Assembly: GCA_963825515.1 (NCBI GenBank)
Contig: CAWGTI010000005.1
Location: forward strand, 6,396-70,395
DNA from: an uncultured Solirubrobacterales bacterium
Lineage (GTDB): Bacteria; Actinomycetota; Thermoleophilia; Solirubrobacterales; Solirubrobacteraceae
Direction: 5' to 3'
Length of the DNA: 64,000 bases
This document shows positions 55,870 through 63,836 of this stretch, one piece after another. Positions within the stretch are counted from its first letter, which is position 1; each line of letters starts with the position of its first letter. The notes below the pieces were generated by a model, which made no database searches, was not told the DNA's origin, and saw only the letters and a list, made by a program, of their open reading frames with translations. The position numbers were made by a program, and so were the translations under genes.

Positions 55870-56112
55870 GCCCGCGAAGGGGGTGGGCCGACTTATCCAC
55901 GCATGCCAAGGACGACTCGGCCCACCCTCCCCGCCGAGCAAGGCGGGCCGAGTTATCCATCCATGTCAAGGACAACTCGGCCCACCCTCCCCGCCGAGCA
56001 AGGCGGGCCGACCTATCCATCCATGCCAAGGACAACTCGGCCCACCCCCCCCACCGAGCAAGGCGGGCCGACCTATCCCTCCATGCCAAGGACAACTCGG
56101 CCCACCTCCTCC
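55870..56112. repeat. Exactly phased 60-bp tandem array (3 well-conserved units plus degenerate flanking units)
   Basis: Unit: cccaccctccccgccgagcaaggcgggccgacctatccatccatgccaaggacaactcgg at 55921, 55981 and 56041. Partial copies lie at 55870..55920 and 56101..56112. Each junction forms CTCGGCCC...GGGCCGAG. Confidence 0.9.
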
Positions 56113-56126
56113 CCGGGCGGGCGTGG

Positions 56127-57248
56127 TCAGCTCCTGATCCCCGAGCCCGCGGTGCGCAGGCTGCGCGAGCGCGTGCGCTCGCCGAGGCCGAAACGATCGG
56201 GGAGCGGCGTGCCGGATCGCAGGGCCGCGGCGATCCGCTCGGCCAGGGCCGGGCCGTGCTTGAAGCCGTGGCCCGAGCCGCCGCCCACCAGCCAGACGCC
56301 GGGGTGCGCGGGGTGCGGCGCGGCGATGAAGTGGGTGTCGGGCGTCAGCTCGTAGCGACAGCAGCGCGCCTCGACGAGCGGCGCGTGCTCCAGGGCGGGG
56401 AAGCGGTCGCGCAGGTAGGCGCGCACCGCGTCCTCCGTCGTCGCCGTGTCGGGCAGCGCCGCGTCGGGATCCAGTGGCGGCCCCTCGAGATCCAGCGCCG
56501 CCTTGACGCCCAGCTCGTCGAGGTCCGTCGTGCCGTACATCGCGCGGTCGTAGTCACACCAGCCGGGCAGGCCGGGAGCGCGCCACGCCGGCCCGCCGTC
56601 GAAGAACAGCAGCTCCTGACGGGTCACCGACAGGGAGACCACGTCGCCGAACAGGCCGGCGAGCCAGGCGCCGCACGCCCACACCACGACGTCTCCCTCC
56701 AGTCGGGTGGAGTCCTCCAGCACCGCGCTCGCGCCGGCCGGCCGCGCCCGCCCGCGCACCAGCCGCGCGCCGTGGCCGACGGCCTGACGGGCCAGCGCCT
56801 GCACCGCCCGCTGTGCGCGGAGCACCCCCGCCTGCGGCTCGAGCAGGACGAAGGCGAGGTCCTCGCCGCCGAAGCTGGGATACAGCCGGGCGGCGCTGGC
56901 CACGTCAAGGCGCTCCACCGGGATCCCCTGCGCGACCAGCGTGCGCTCCGACGCGCCCTCCCACCCGTCCTCGCGATGGGCGAACCAGGCCAGGCCGCAC
57001 TCCACGAGCAGATCCTCGCCGGACTCCTCCTCCAGCACGCGCCACAGCGCTCGCGCGCGCCAGGCCATCGCGGTGTAGTCCGCCGCCTCGCCGTGCCCGC
57101 TGCGCAGCAGTCGCGTCTCGCCGCCGGAGCTGGACCGCGGGTCGCCGGGCACGAACTGATCCACGAGCGTCACGCGCTCGCCCTCCCGCGCGAGCCACCA
57201 GGCCAGCGACGCGCCGAACGTCCCGGCGCCGACGATCACGACGTCCAT
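56127..57248 (-). CDS. FAD-dependent oxidoreductase (DAO / sarcosine-oxidase-like)
   Basis: 373 aa; MDVVIVGAGTFGASLAWWLAREG dinucleotide-binding motif; C-terminal GGSGHGFKHGP. Confidence 0.85.
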   Translation of the reverse strand: MDVVIVGAGTFGASLAWWLAREGERVTLVDQFVPGDPRSSSGGETRLLRSGHGEAADYTAMAWRARALWRVLEEESGEDLLVECGLAWFAHREDGWEGASERTLVAQGIPVERLDVASAARLYPSFGGEDLAFVLLEPQAGVLRAQRAVQALARQAVGHGARLVRGRARPAGASAVLEDSTRLEGDVVVWACGAWLAGLFGDVVSLSVTRQELLFFDGGPAWRAPGLPGWCDYDRAMYGTTDLDELGVKAALDLEGPPLDPDAALPDTATTEDAVRAYLRDRFPALEHAPLVEARCCRYELTPDTHFIAAPHPAHPGVWLVGGGSGHGFKHGPALAERIAAALRSGTPLPDRFGLGERTRSRSLRTAGSGIRS

Positions 57249-57289
57249 CGGTCCGACGATACGTCGCGGCGCCGGGACCGCGGGGCGGT

Positions 57290-58687
57290 TCAGGCGGCGG
57301 GCGCCTCGCCGTCGCGCTCGCGCAGCGCCCAGGTCGCCTTGCCGCCCCCGTCCTGGGACGAGTTGACCACCATCGCTCCTTCCCCCCAGGCCACCCGCGT
57401 GAGGCCGGCGGGCACCGCCTGCGTCCAGCCCGGCGCGCTGAACACGAACGGCCTCAGGTCCACGTGGCGGGGCACGAGCCGCTCCCCCACGACCGTCGCG
57501 TGCGTCGACAGGGTGATCGTCGGCTGCGCGACGAAGTCCCGCGGGCGCTCACGGACGTCGTCCAGGCAGCGGCGGACGTCCTCGGCCGTCGCGTCGGCGC
57601 AGACGACGACCCCGTCGCCGCCCTGCCCGAGGCGCGGCTTGACCACGTGCTCCTCCGGGGCGGCGAGCAGCCGGTCGAGGTTCTCCTCGCGCGTGAGGTC
57701 CAGCGTCGGGACCGAGCGCAGGAGCGGGTCCTCGCCGAGATGGAACCGGACCATCTCCTCCACGTAGGCGTGCACGAGCTTGTCGTCCGCGACGCCGGTG
57801 CCGAAGCAGTTGACCAGCGCGACCTCCCCGGCCAGCCACGGCCCGAGCAGGAGCTCGCCCTCGGGCGTGAGCGCGCCGTGCTCGTCGCACAGGCGGTCCT
57901 CGATCGAGCGCCGGTACACCACGTCGACGGGCTGCCGGCGCCCGCCCGCATCGCGGTACACGAGGCGGTCGCCGTCCCGGACCAGATCCTCCGGGCGCGC
58001 GAGCGGGGCATCGAGATGGCGCGCGGCCAGCGCGTGCTCGAAGTGCGCCGAGCTGTCCTCGCCGTCGGTGAGGACCACGATCGCCGGGTCCGCCCGCGGC
58101 GAAGCCCCGCGCACGGCGCGCTCCAGGCCGGCGAGCAGCGCGTCGGCGCCGTCGTCGTGCTCGGGCGCGGGGACGGGAAGGTGCGCGCTCACGGCGCGCG
58201 CCGCCGCGACCGCGTAGGCGTAGCCCGAGGGCGTGCGCAGGTTGTCCTCGAGCACCTGCAGCTCGCCGTCCGGGCGCCGCACGAGGTCCAGGCCGGCGAC
58301 CCCGATGGGCGTCGTCACGCCCGGCCACCGGCCGCGCAGCGCCGGCTCGAAGCCGTCCGAGCTGTCGATGATCCATTCGGGAACCCGGCCCGCGGCGACG
58401 ATTCGCCGCTCGCCGTAGGCGTCCGCGACGAACGCGTTCAGCGCGCGCACCCGCTGCTCGAGCCCCGCCGCGAGGCCGGCCGCCTCCGCGGCCGTCAGCA
58501 GCCGCGGCACCGGGCAGACCTCGAACGGGTGCTCGCCGAAGGCCACGCCGTCCCGGGCCAGCGCCTCGTTCAGCGTGGCCCGCAGGAGGGCGACGTCCGT
58601 CTGGGCGAAGGCGTCGAGCAGCCCGGAGTAGTGCCCGCGCGGCACGCCGGGCGCCGCCCAGGCCTCGTCGAAGGCGTGCGTCGTCAC
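57290..58687 (-). CDS. Circularly permuted type-2 ATP-grasp protein (COG2308-like)
   Basis: GTG at codon 94 of ORF 57290..58966. VNCFGTGVADDKLVHAYVEEMVRFHLGEDPLL...VVKPRLGQGGDGVVV...FVAQPTITLSTHAT...RHVDLRPF. Confidence 0.85.
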   Translation of the reverse strand: MTTHAFDEAWAAPGVPRGHYSGLLDAFAQTDVALLRATLNEALARDGVAFGEHPFEVCPVPRLLTAAEAAGLAAGLEQRVRALNAFVADAYGERRIVAAGRVPEWIIDSSDGFEPALRGRWPGVTTPIGVAGLDLVRRPDGELQVLEDNLRTPSGYAYAVAAARAVSAHLPVPAPEHDDGADALLAGLERAVRGASPRADPAIVVLTDGEDSSAHFEHALAARHLDAPLARPEDLVRDGDRLVYRDAGGRRQPVDVVYRRSIEDRLCDEHGALTPEGELLLGPWLAGEVALVNCFGTGVADDKLVHAYVEEMVRFHLGEDPLLRSVPTLDLTREENLDRLLAAPEEHVVKPRLGQGGDGVVVCADATAEDVRRCLDDVRERPRDFVAQPTITLSTHATVVGERLVPRHVDLRPFVFSAPGWTQAVPAGLTRVAWGEGAMVVNSSQDGGGKATWALRERDGEAPAA

Positions 58688-58749
58688 CCCTCGCGCTCTA
58701 CCCGCACGCCGACGGGCGTCACCCGAGGACCAGCCCGCGTCTGCACCGC

Positions 58750-59046
58750 CGGCCTCCGCGTGGACGTCGGCGGGCTCGACGTCGCCGACGCTCGAGACCG
58801 TGTGCGCCGGGAGCTCGACCGCGGCGCGCTCACGCGCAAGCTGATTGTGATCGACGGCGCCCAGCGCTTCACGCTGGATCCCGCGGACGTGGACCTCGCG
58901 GTGGACGCGCAGGCCAGCGCCGAGGCAGCGGGCGACCGCGGCCGGGAGGGCACCGCGGCACCGCACGGCTGCATCCGCATGTCGTCCCCGCGGTCAAGGA
59001 GCTCTACGCGCAGGTGCCCGAGGGCACGCCGCTGTTCATGCAGTAG
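58750..59046 (+). pseudogene. Relic of an L,D-transpeptidase (YkuD) gene: no N-terminus, internal deletion and frameshift
   Basis: RVDVGGLDVADARDRVRRELD... then the active-site HGCIRM, in the frame of ORF 56813..59071. The conserved C-terminus VKELYAQVPEGTPLFMQ-stop follows in the -1 frame, ending at 59046. Confidence 0.55.
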
Positions 59047-59132
59047 GCGGCCCGTCCGGCCCGGACCGTGAGTCCGCGACCGCGCGCGGGGGTATGGCGC
59101 GCGCGGCCGCGGCTGGAGGCCGGACGTCGCGG

Positions 59133-59276
59133 CTAGGGCCGCTGGGCCAGCGCCTCGGCAAGGCGCCTCTCGGCGTCCTCCGCGCGGCGCTCGGCGTCCC
59201 GCTTGGCGCGCTCCAGCGCCGCGCGGGACTCGTCCGTCTGATCCTCGGGCATGGTGCACCCGCATTGACACGGCAT
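59133..59276 (-). CDS. Unannotated 47-codon ORF: Cys-rich N-terminus (MPCQCGC) plus a charged helix, coupled to the MerR gene
   Basis: The ATG lies 1 nt after the MerR TGA (tgaCATG). MPCQCGCTMPEDQTDESRAALERAKRDAERRAEDAERRLAEALAQRP. Almost all codons end in G/C. It is below the ORF-track length cutoff. Confidence 0.6.
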   Translation of the reverse strand: MPCQCGCTMPEDQTDESRAALERAKRDAERRAEDAERRLAEALAQRP

Positions 59277-59277
59277 G

Positions 59278-59712
59278 TCAGTACCTCTTCGGTTCGATGG
59301 TCAGCAAGGGGGCGTCGTTCAGGCACTCGCAGAACGCGCCGTGGCCCGTGCCTCCGCAGCCGGCGGTCCGGCTGCCGCGGTAGGCCTCCAGGCGCTCGCG
59401 GAAGGCGACCAGCTGCTGCATCTGCTCGTCGATCCGCGCGAGCTTCTCGTCGAGCAGGCGGTCCACCTCCGGGCTGACGTCGCCGCACGAGCCGTGCTCG
59501 GCCGCCGAGATCAGGCCGCGGATGTCCTCCAGCGTGAACCCCAGCGCCTTGGCCTGGCGGACGAAGCGCAGCTTCGCCTCCTCCTCGGCGCCGTACAGCC
59601 GGTAGCCCTGCTCGCCGCGCGGCGGCGACACGAGACCGATCCGGTCGTAGTACCGGACCGTGCGACTCGGCAGCCCTACGCGGTCGGCGATCGCCTTTAC
59701 TGTGTGCTCCAC
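59278..59712 (-). CDS. MerR-family transcriptional regulator, heavy-metal-sensor type
   Basis: GTG at 59712 within ORF 59278..61527. The HTH is IADRVGLPSRTVRYYDRIGLV. Cys sits at the head of the dimerisation helix (EHGSCGD), with a C-terminal loop CGGTGHGAFCEC. Confidence 0.9.
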   Translation of the reverse strand: MEHTVKAIADRVGLPSRTVRYYDRIGLVSPPRGEQGYRLYGAEEEAKLRFVRQAKALGFTLEDIRGLISAAEHGSCGDVSPEVDRLLDEKLARIDEQMQQLVAFRERLEAYRGSRTAGCGGTGHGAFCECLNDAPLLTIEPKRY

Positions 59713-59718
59713 ACATAT

Positions 59719-59750
59719 AGCGTAGCCCTGACACCCGCGTGTCAGGTCAA
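59719..59750 (-). promoter_or_regulatory. MerR-type promoter: -35 TTGACC, 20-nt spacer containing a perfect 8-4-8 palindrome, -10 TACGCT. Probably a leaderless transcript.
   Basis: The palindrome CCTGACAC-ccgc-GTGTCAGG is at 59727..59746. On the minus strand, TTGACC is at 59750..59745 and TACGCT at 59724..59719. The GTG start is at 59712. Confidence 0.5.
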
Positions 59751-59771
59751 GCACCCGGCGAGATATTCTCG

Positions 59772-61565
59772 CTACGCGTCCGGTCGCGACGCCGGCGGTG
59801 GGCCGGTCAGCCGCAGCCCCAGCTCGCGCAGCTGCTTCTCGTCCACCGGCGCCGGGGCGCCGGTCAGCGGATCCGACCCGCTCGCCGTCTTGGGGAACGC
59901 GATCACGTCGCGGATCGAGTCGCGCCCGGCGATGAGCGCGACGATGCGGTCGATACCGAACGCGATCCCCCCGTGCGGCGGGGCGCCGTAGGTCAAGGCG
60001 TCGAGCAGGAAGCCGAAGCGCCGCTGCGCCTCCTCCTCGTCGAGGCCGATCGCCTGGAACACCTGGCGCAGCACGTCGGGGTCGTGCGTGCGGATCGAGC
60101 CGCCGCCCAGCTCCCAGCCGTCGACCACGAGGTCGTAGGCGCGCGAGCGCAGCGATCCCGGATCGTCGAAGGAGCCCGTCGGCGCGGTGAAGGGATGGTG
60201 CGTCGCGTCCCAGCGCGCCTCGTCCTCGTTGTAGTCGAACATCGGGAAGTCCACGACCCACAGCGCGTCGTGGCGGCCCTCCGGGACGAGGCCGAAGCGC
60301 TCGGCCAGCTCCAGGCGCAGCGCGCCCAGCGCGGCCGCCGCGACCTTCGCGCTGTCGGCCACCGCCAGGATCAGATCGCCCGGCACGGCCTCCAGCGCGG
60401 CGGTCACCGCGAGGATCTCCTCCGGGCTCAGGAACTTGGCGATCGGGGAACGCCAGCTGCCGTCCTCCTGCACGAAGGCCCACACGAGCCCCTTCGCGCC
60501 GTAGCGCTTGGCCACCTCGGTCAGCGCGTCGAGCTCGGAGCGCGGCAGCTCCCGCGCCCCCGCGTTGAGCGCCCGCACGACACCGCCGGCGCCGAGCACG
60601 GATGCGAAGACCTTGAACTGCGAGCCGGTGAGCACCGGCGACACGTCGGCGATCTCCAGCCCGAAGCGCGTGTCGGGGCGGTCGCTGCCGAAGCGCAGCA
60701 GCGCGTCGTCGTAGCTCATGCGCGGGTAGGGCGGCGGCGCCACCTCGATCCCGCCGACCTCGAACACCCGCGCCATGAGGCGCTCGTTGACGTCGATGAC
60801 GTCCTCCTCGTCGACGAAGGACATCTCGAGGTCGAGCTGGGTGAACTCGGGCTGGCGGTCGGCGCGCAGGTCCTCGTCGCGAAAGCAGCGCGGGATCTGG
60901 AAGTAGCGCTCGTAGCCGGCGATCATCAGCAGCTGCTTGAAGATCTGCGGGGACTGGGGCAGCGCGTAGAAGGTCCCGGGCTGCAGCCGGGCAGGCACGA
61001 GGAAGTCGCGCGCGCCCTCCGGAGTGGAGCGGGTGAGGATCGGCGTCTCGATCTCCAGGAAGTCCTCGTCGCTGAGCGTCTCGCGGATCGTGCGGACGAT
61101 CTCGTGGCGCAGCACGAGCGCGTCGATCATCGGCCGGCGGCGCAGGTCCAGCGTGCGGTGGCGCAGGCGCAGCGTCTCGTCGATCTCGACGTCCTCGTCG
61201 AGCGGGAACGGCGGCGTCCGCGCGCTCGCCAGCACCTCCATCTCGGCGACCCGCACCTCGATCTCGCCGGTCGGCAGGTTCGGGTTGACGTTCTGCTCGT
61301 CGCGCAGCACGACCTCGCCCGCCGCGCTGAGCACGTGCTCGGGGCGCAGCCGCTCGGCGGCCGCGAACGCCTCGCCGCTCGTCTCGGGGTGGAAGACGAG
61401 CTGGACGATCCCGCTGCGGTCGCGCAGGTCGATGAAGATCAGGCCGCCGTGGTCGCGGCGGCGGTGCACCCAGCCCGCGACGCGGGCGGTGTCGCCGGCG
61501 CGCGCGGCGTCCAGCGCGCCGCTCCACGTGTCCCGGTAGGGGTTGGGCCGCGGCGGGCGCTTCAA
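59772..61565 (-). CDS. aspS: Aspartate--tRNA ligase
   Basis: 597 aa; GWVHRRRDHGGLIFIDLRD, FRDEDLRADRQPEFTQLD, GGGSIR. TTGA overlap with the hisS stop. Confidence 0.95.
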   Translation of the reverse strand: MKRPPRPNPYRDTWSGALDAARAGDTARVAGWVHRRRDHGGLIFIDLRDRSGIVQLVFHPETSGEAFAAAERLRPEHVLSAAGEVVLRDEQNVNPNLPTGEIEVRVAEMEVLASARTPPFPLDEDVEIDETLRLRHRTLDLRRRPMIDALVLRHEIVRTIRETLSDEDFLEIETPILTRSTPEGARDFLVPARLQPGTFYALPQSPQIFKQLLMIAGYERYFQIPRCFRDEDLRADRQPEFTQLDLEMSFVDEEDVIDVNERLMARVFEVGGIEVAPPPYPRMSYDDALLRFGSDRPDTRFGLEIADVSPVLTGSQFKVFASVLGAGGVVRALNAGARELPRSELDALTEVAKRYGAKGLVWAFVQEDGSWRSPIAKFLSPEEILAVTAALEAVPGDLILAVADSAKVAAAALGALRLELAERFGLVPEGRHDALWVVDFPMFDYNEDEARWDATHHPFTAPTGSFDDPGSLRSRAYDLVVDGWELGGGSIRTHDPDVLRQVFQAIGLDEEEAQRRFGFLLDALTYGAPPHGGIAFGIDRIVALIAGRDSIRDVIAFPKTASGSDPLTGAPAPVDEKQLRELGLRLTGPPPASRPDA

Positions 61566-62812
61566 CCTCTGCTCCTCTCCCGCAGGATGCGCGTCACGAC
61601 GTCACCGCTGGCGAGCTCCTGCTGCTCGCCGGATTCCATGTCCTTCAGGACGGTGCCCGCGCCGCCCACCAGCGCGACCCACCGCGCTCCGAGCCGGTCG
61701 GCGTGCCTGAGCTGGCCCTTGCGCGAGCGGCCGGCCAGCTCGAGCTGGGCGTGCAGCCGCGCGCGCAGCGCCTCGTCGGCGACCGCGAAGGCGTCGGCGC
61801 GCTGCTCGGGACCGTCCAGGCCGACGTAGAGGTCCACCGGCGGCGGCCCGACGGGCGGCGCGCCGGCGGCCAGCAGCATCCGCTCCACGCCCGCCGCCCA
61901 GCCACAGCCGGGCGTGGGCGGCCCGCCGAGCGTCTCCATCAGCCCGTCGTAGCGCCCTCCTCCGCCCACGCCGGACTGCGCGCCGAGCGCGTCGGAGGTG
62001 AACTCGAAGACCGTGCGCGTGTAGTAGTCCAGCCCGCGGACCAGCGTCGGGTCGACCTCGTAGGCGACGTCCGCGCGGTCCAGCAGCTCGCGCACCGCCG
62101 CGAAGTGCTCGGCGTCCTCCGCGGTGAGCCGGTCCAGCAGGCGCGGGGCCTCCCGCATGACCGTCCGGGTGCCCGCGTGGTCGGAGTCGAACGCGCGCAG
62201 CGGGTTGAGCTCGATGCGGGCGCGGACGTCATCGCTGAGGCGGTCGCTGTGCGCGCGCAGGTGCTCCTGCAATTCCTCGCGGTAGGCCGCGCGCGTGTCC
62301 GGGGTGCCGAGGCTCGACAGCCGCAGGCGCGTTCCCTGCACGCCGAGCTCCTCCACCAGCGTGGCCAGCAGCACGATGGTCTCGGCGTCGACCGCCGGGT
62401 CGTCGGAGCCCAGCACCTCGGCGCCCACCTGCCAGAACTGGCGGTAGCGCCCGGCCTGCGCGCGCTCGTGGCGGAAGAAGCTCGACAGGTACCACAGCTT
62501 CACCGGCTGCGGGAGCTTGTGCATGCCGTGCTCCATGTAGGCGCGGCAGACCGGCGCGGTGCCCTCCGGGCGCAGCGTGACCAGGCGCCCGCCCCCGTCG
62601 TCGAAGGTGTACATCTCCTTCTGCACGATGTCGGTCGACTCGCCCACCCCGCGCGCGAAGAGGTCGGTGTACTCCAACGCGGGGGTCTCGATGCGCCGGT
62701 AGCCGGCTGACTCGAGCACCCGGCGCGTCGTGTGCTCCAGCGCGGCGCGCGCGTCGGACGCCTCGGGCAGCACGTCGTACGTGCCCCGCGGCGCCTGCGG
62801 CCGCTCGCTCAC
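61562..62812 (-). CDS. hisS: Histidine--tRNA ligase
   Basis: 416 aa; PRGTYDVLPE, LRPEGTAPVCRAY, FRHERAQAGRYRQFWQ, GGGRYDGL. Confidence 0.95.
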   Translation of the reverse strand: MSERPQAPRGTYDVLPEASDARAALEHTTRRVLESAGYRRIETPALEYTDLFARGVGESTDIVQKEMYTFDDGGGRLVTLRPEGTAPVCRAYMEHGMHKLPQPVKLWYLSSFFRHERAQAGRYRQFWQVGAEVLGSDDPAVDAETIVLLATLVEELGVQGTRLRLSSLGTPDTRAAYREELQEHLRAHSDRLSDDVRARIELNPLRAFDSDHAGTRTVMREAPRLLDRLTAEDAEHFAAVRELLDRADVAYEVDPTLVRGLDYYTRTVFEFTSDALGAQSGVGGGGRYDGLMETLGGPPTPGCGWAAGVERMLLAAGAPPVGPPPVDLYVGLDGPEQRADAFAVADEALRARLHAQLELAGRSRKGQLRHADRLGARWVALVGGAGTVLKDMESGEQQELASGDVVTRILRERSRG

Positions 62813-63450
62813 CGGCGGGAAAGCTCGGCGAGGAAGGGGTTCGTGGCGCGCTCGGCGGCGAGCGTCGTGATGCCCATGTGGCCCGGGTAGACGGTCGTCT
62901 CGGGCGGGAAGCCGTCCACCAGCTCCCGGAGGGAGCGCATCAGCGTGGGGCCGTCGCCGCCGGGCAGGTCGGTCCGGCCGACCGAGCCCTGGAACAGCAC
63001 GTCGCCCGAGAACAGCGCCGCGTGGTCGCGCACCGCGTAGGTGACGTGGCCGGGGCTGTGGCCGGGCGTGAAGACGACGTCGAGGTCCAGCCCCGCCAGG
63101 TGCAGCGTCTCCCCGCCGGCGACGGTGTGCTCGGGGTCCCAGGACTCGAACGGGCCGAAGCCCGGCCAGGGCACGAAGGCCATGATGTCCTGCAGGACCG
63201 GCACCTCGAGCTCCGGGCAGTAGACCGGCGCGCCGGTGGCCTTGGCGATGGGAGCGACGGCGCCGACGTGGTCGAAGTGCGTGTGGGTGAGCAGGATCGC
63301 GTCGAGCGTGAGGTTCAGGTCCTCGATCGCCTTCAAGAGGCGCGGCGCCTCCTCCCCCGGGTCGACGATCACGGCGTGGTCCGAGCCGTCGGGGCGGGCC
63401 AGGAAGCAGTTCTCCTGCACCGGCCCGACGCTGAACATCCGGACGTCCAT
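62809..63450 (-). CDS. MBL-fold metallo-hydrolase (glyoxalase II-like)
   Basis: ATG at codon 68 of ORF 62809..63651. LLTHTHFDHVG, TPGHSPGH, GDVLF. GTGA overlap with the hisS start. Confidence 0.9.
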   Translation of the reverse strand: MDVRMFSVGPVQENCFLARPDGSDHAVIVDPGEEAPRLLKAIEDLNLTLDAILLTHTHFDHVGAVAPIAKATGAPVYCPELEVPVLQDIMAFVPWPGFGPFESWDPEHTVAGGETLHLAGLDLDVVFTPGHSPGHVTYAVRDHAALFSGDVLFQGSVGRTDLPGGDGPTLMRSLRELVDGFPPETTVYPGHMGITTLAAERATNPFLAELSRR

Positions 63451-63818
63451 CAGGAGGTCTGTTTCGCGGCGACCTTGCGCTGGTTGCGCTTGTACATCCA
63501 CTGGTCGGTGTAGTAGCTCAGCGGGATGTAGAAGAGGAACACGAACCCGGTCAGCGCGACGGCCTGCGAGACGGACTGGCCGAACGCGAGCACCACGAGG
63601 ACGCCGAAGATCAGCGCCGCGAACGCCGACCGGGTCGCGGCGCCCTTCCACGTCGGCGGCTGGGACAGGCGCTGCTCGCGCCGTTCGGCGGCGGTGAGCT
63701 TCGCCTCGGACTTGCGCTCCTCCGCGGTCGGCTTGCGCCCGGTGCGCCCCCGCGCCTCGACGACGCCGGCGGCGTTGCCGCGGTGCTTGGTGTGTCGCTT
63801 CTTCTTCGTCTGTGCCAT
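63450..63818 (-). CDS. Small membrane protein with a basic N-terminus
   Basis: 122 aa. MAQTKKKRHTKHRGN is followed by two TM helices. The stop overlaps the MBL ATG by 1 nt. Confidence 0.7.
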   Translation of the reverse strand: MAQTKKKRHTKHRGNAAGVVEARGRTGRKPTAEERKSEAKLTAAERREQRLSQPPTWKGAATRSAFAALIFGVLVVLAFGQSVSQAVALTGFVFLFYIPLSYYTDQWMYKRNQRKVAAKQTS

Positions 63819-63836
63819 AGGGGTTCGGTCAAGAGA

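Noticed and set aside
55841-56095. A 20-aa repeat N-terminal extension of MnmA (ORF 54437..56095 starts at 56095: ...ARLARRGGWAELSLAWMDRS x3).
   Set aside because: The frame is open only because of the tandem DNA repeat. The plus strand is equally open, and the repeat unit contains an A/T-rich half unlike coding sequence here. A good ATG with a recognisable IscU-like N-terminus exists at 55840.
55870-56112. The 60-bp periodic array considered as a CRISPR locus.
   Set aside because: The entire 60-bp unit is repeated with only point differences. There are no unique spacers between shorter repeats, and no cas genes are in the window.
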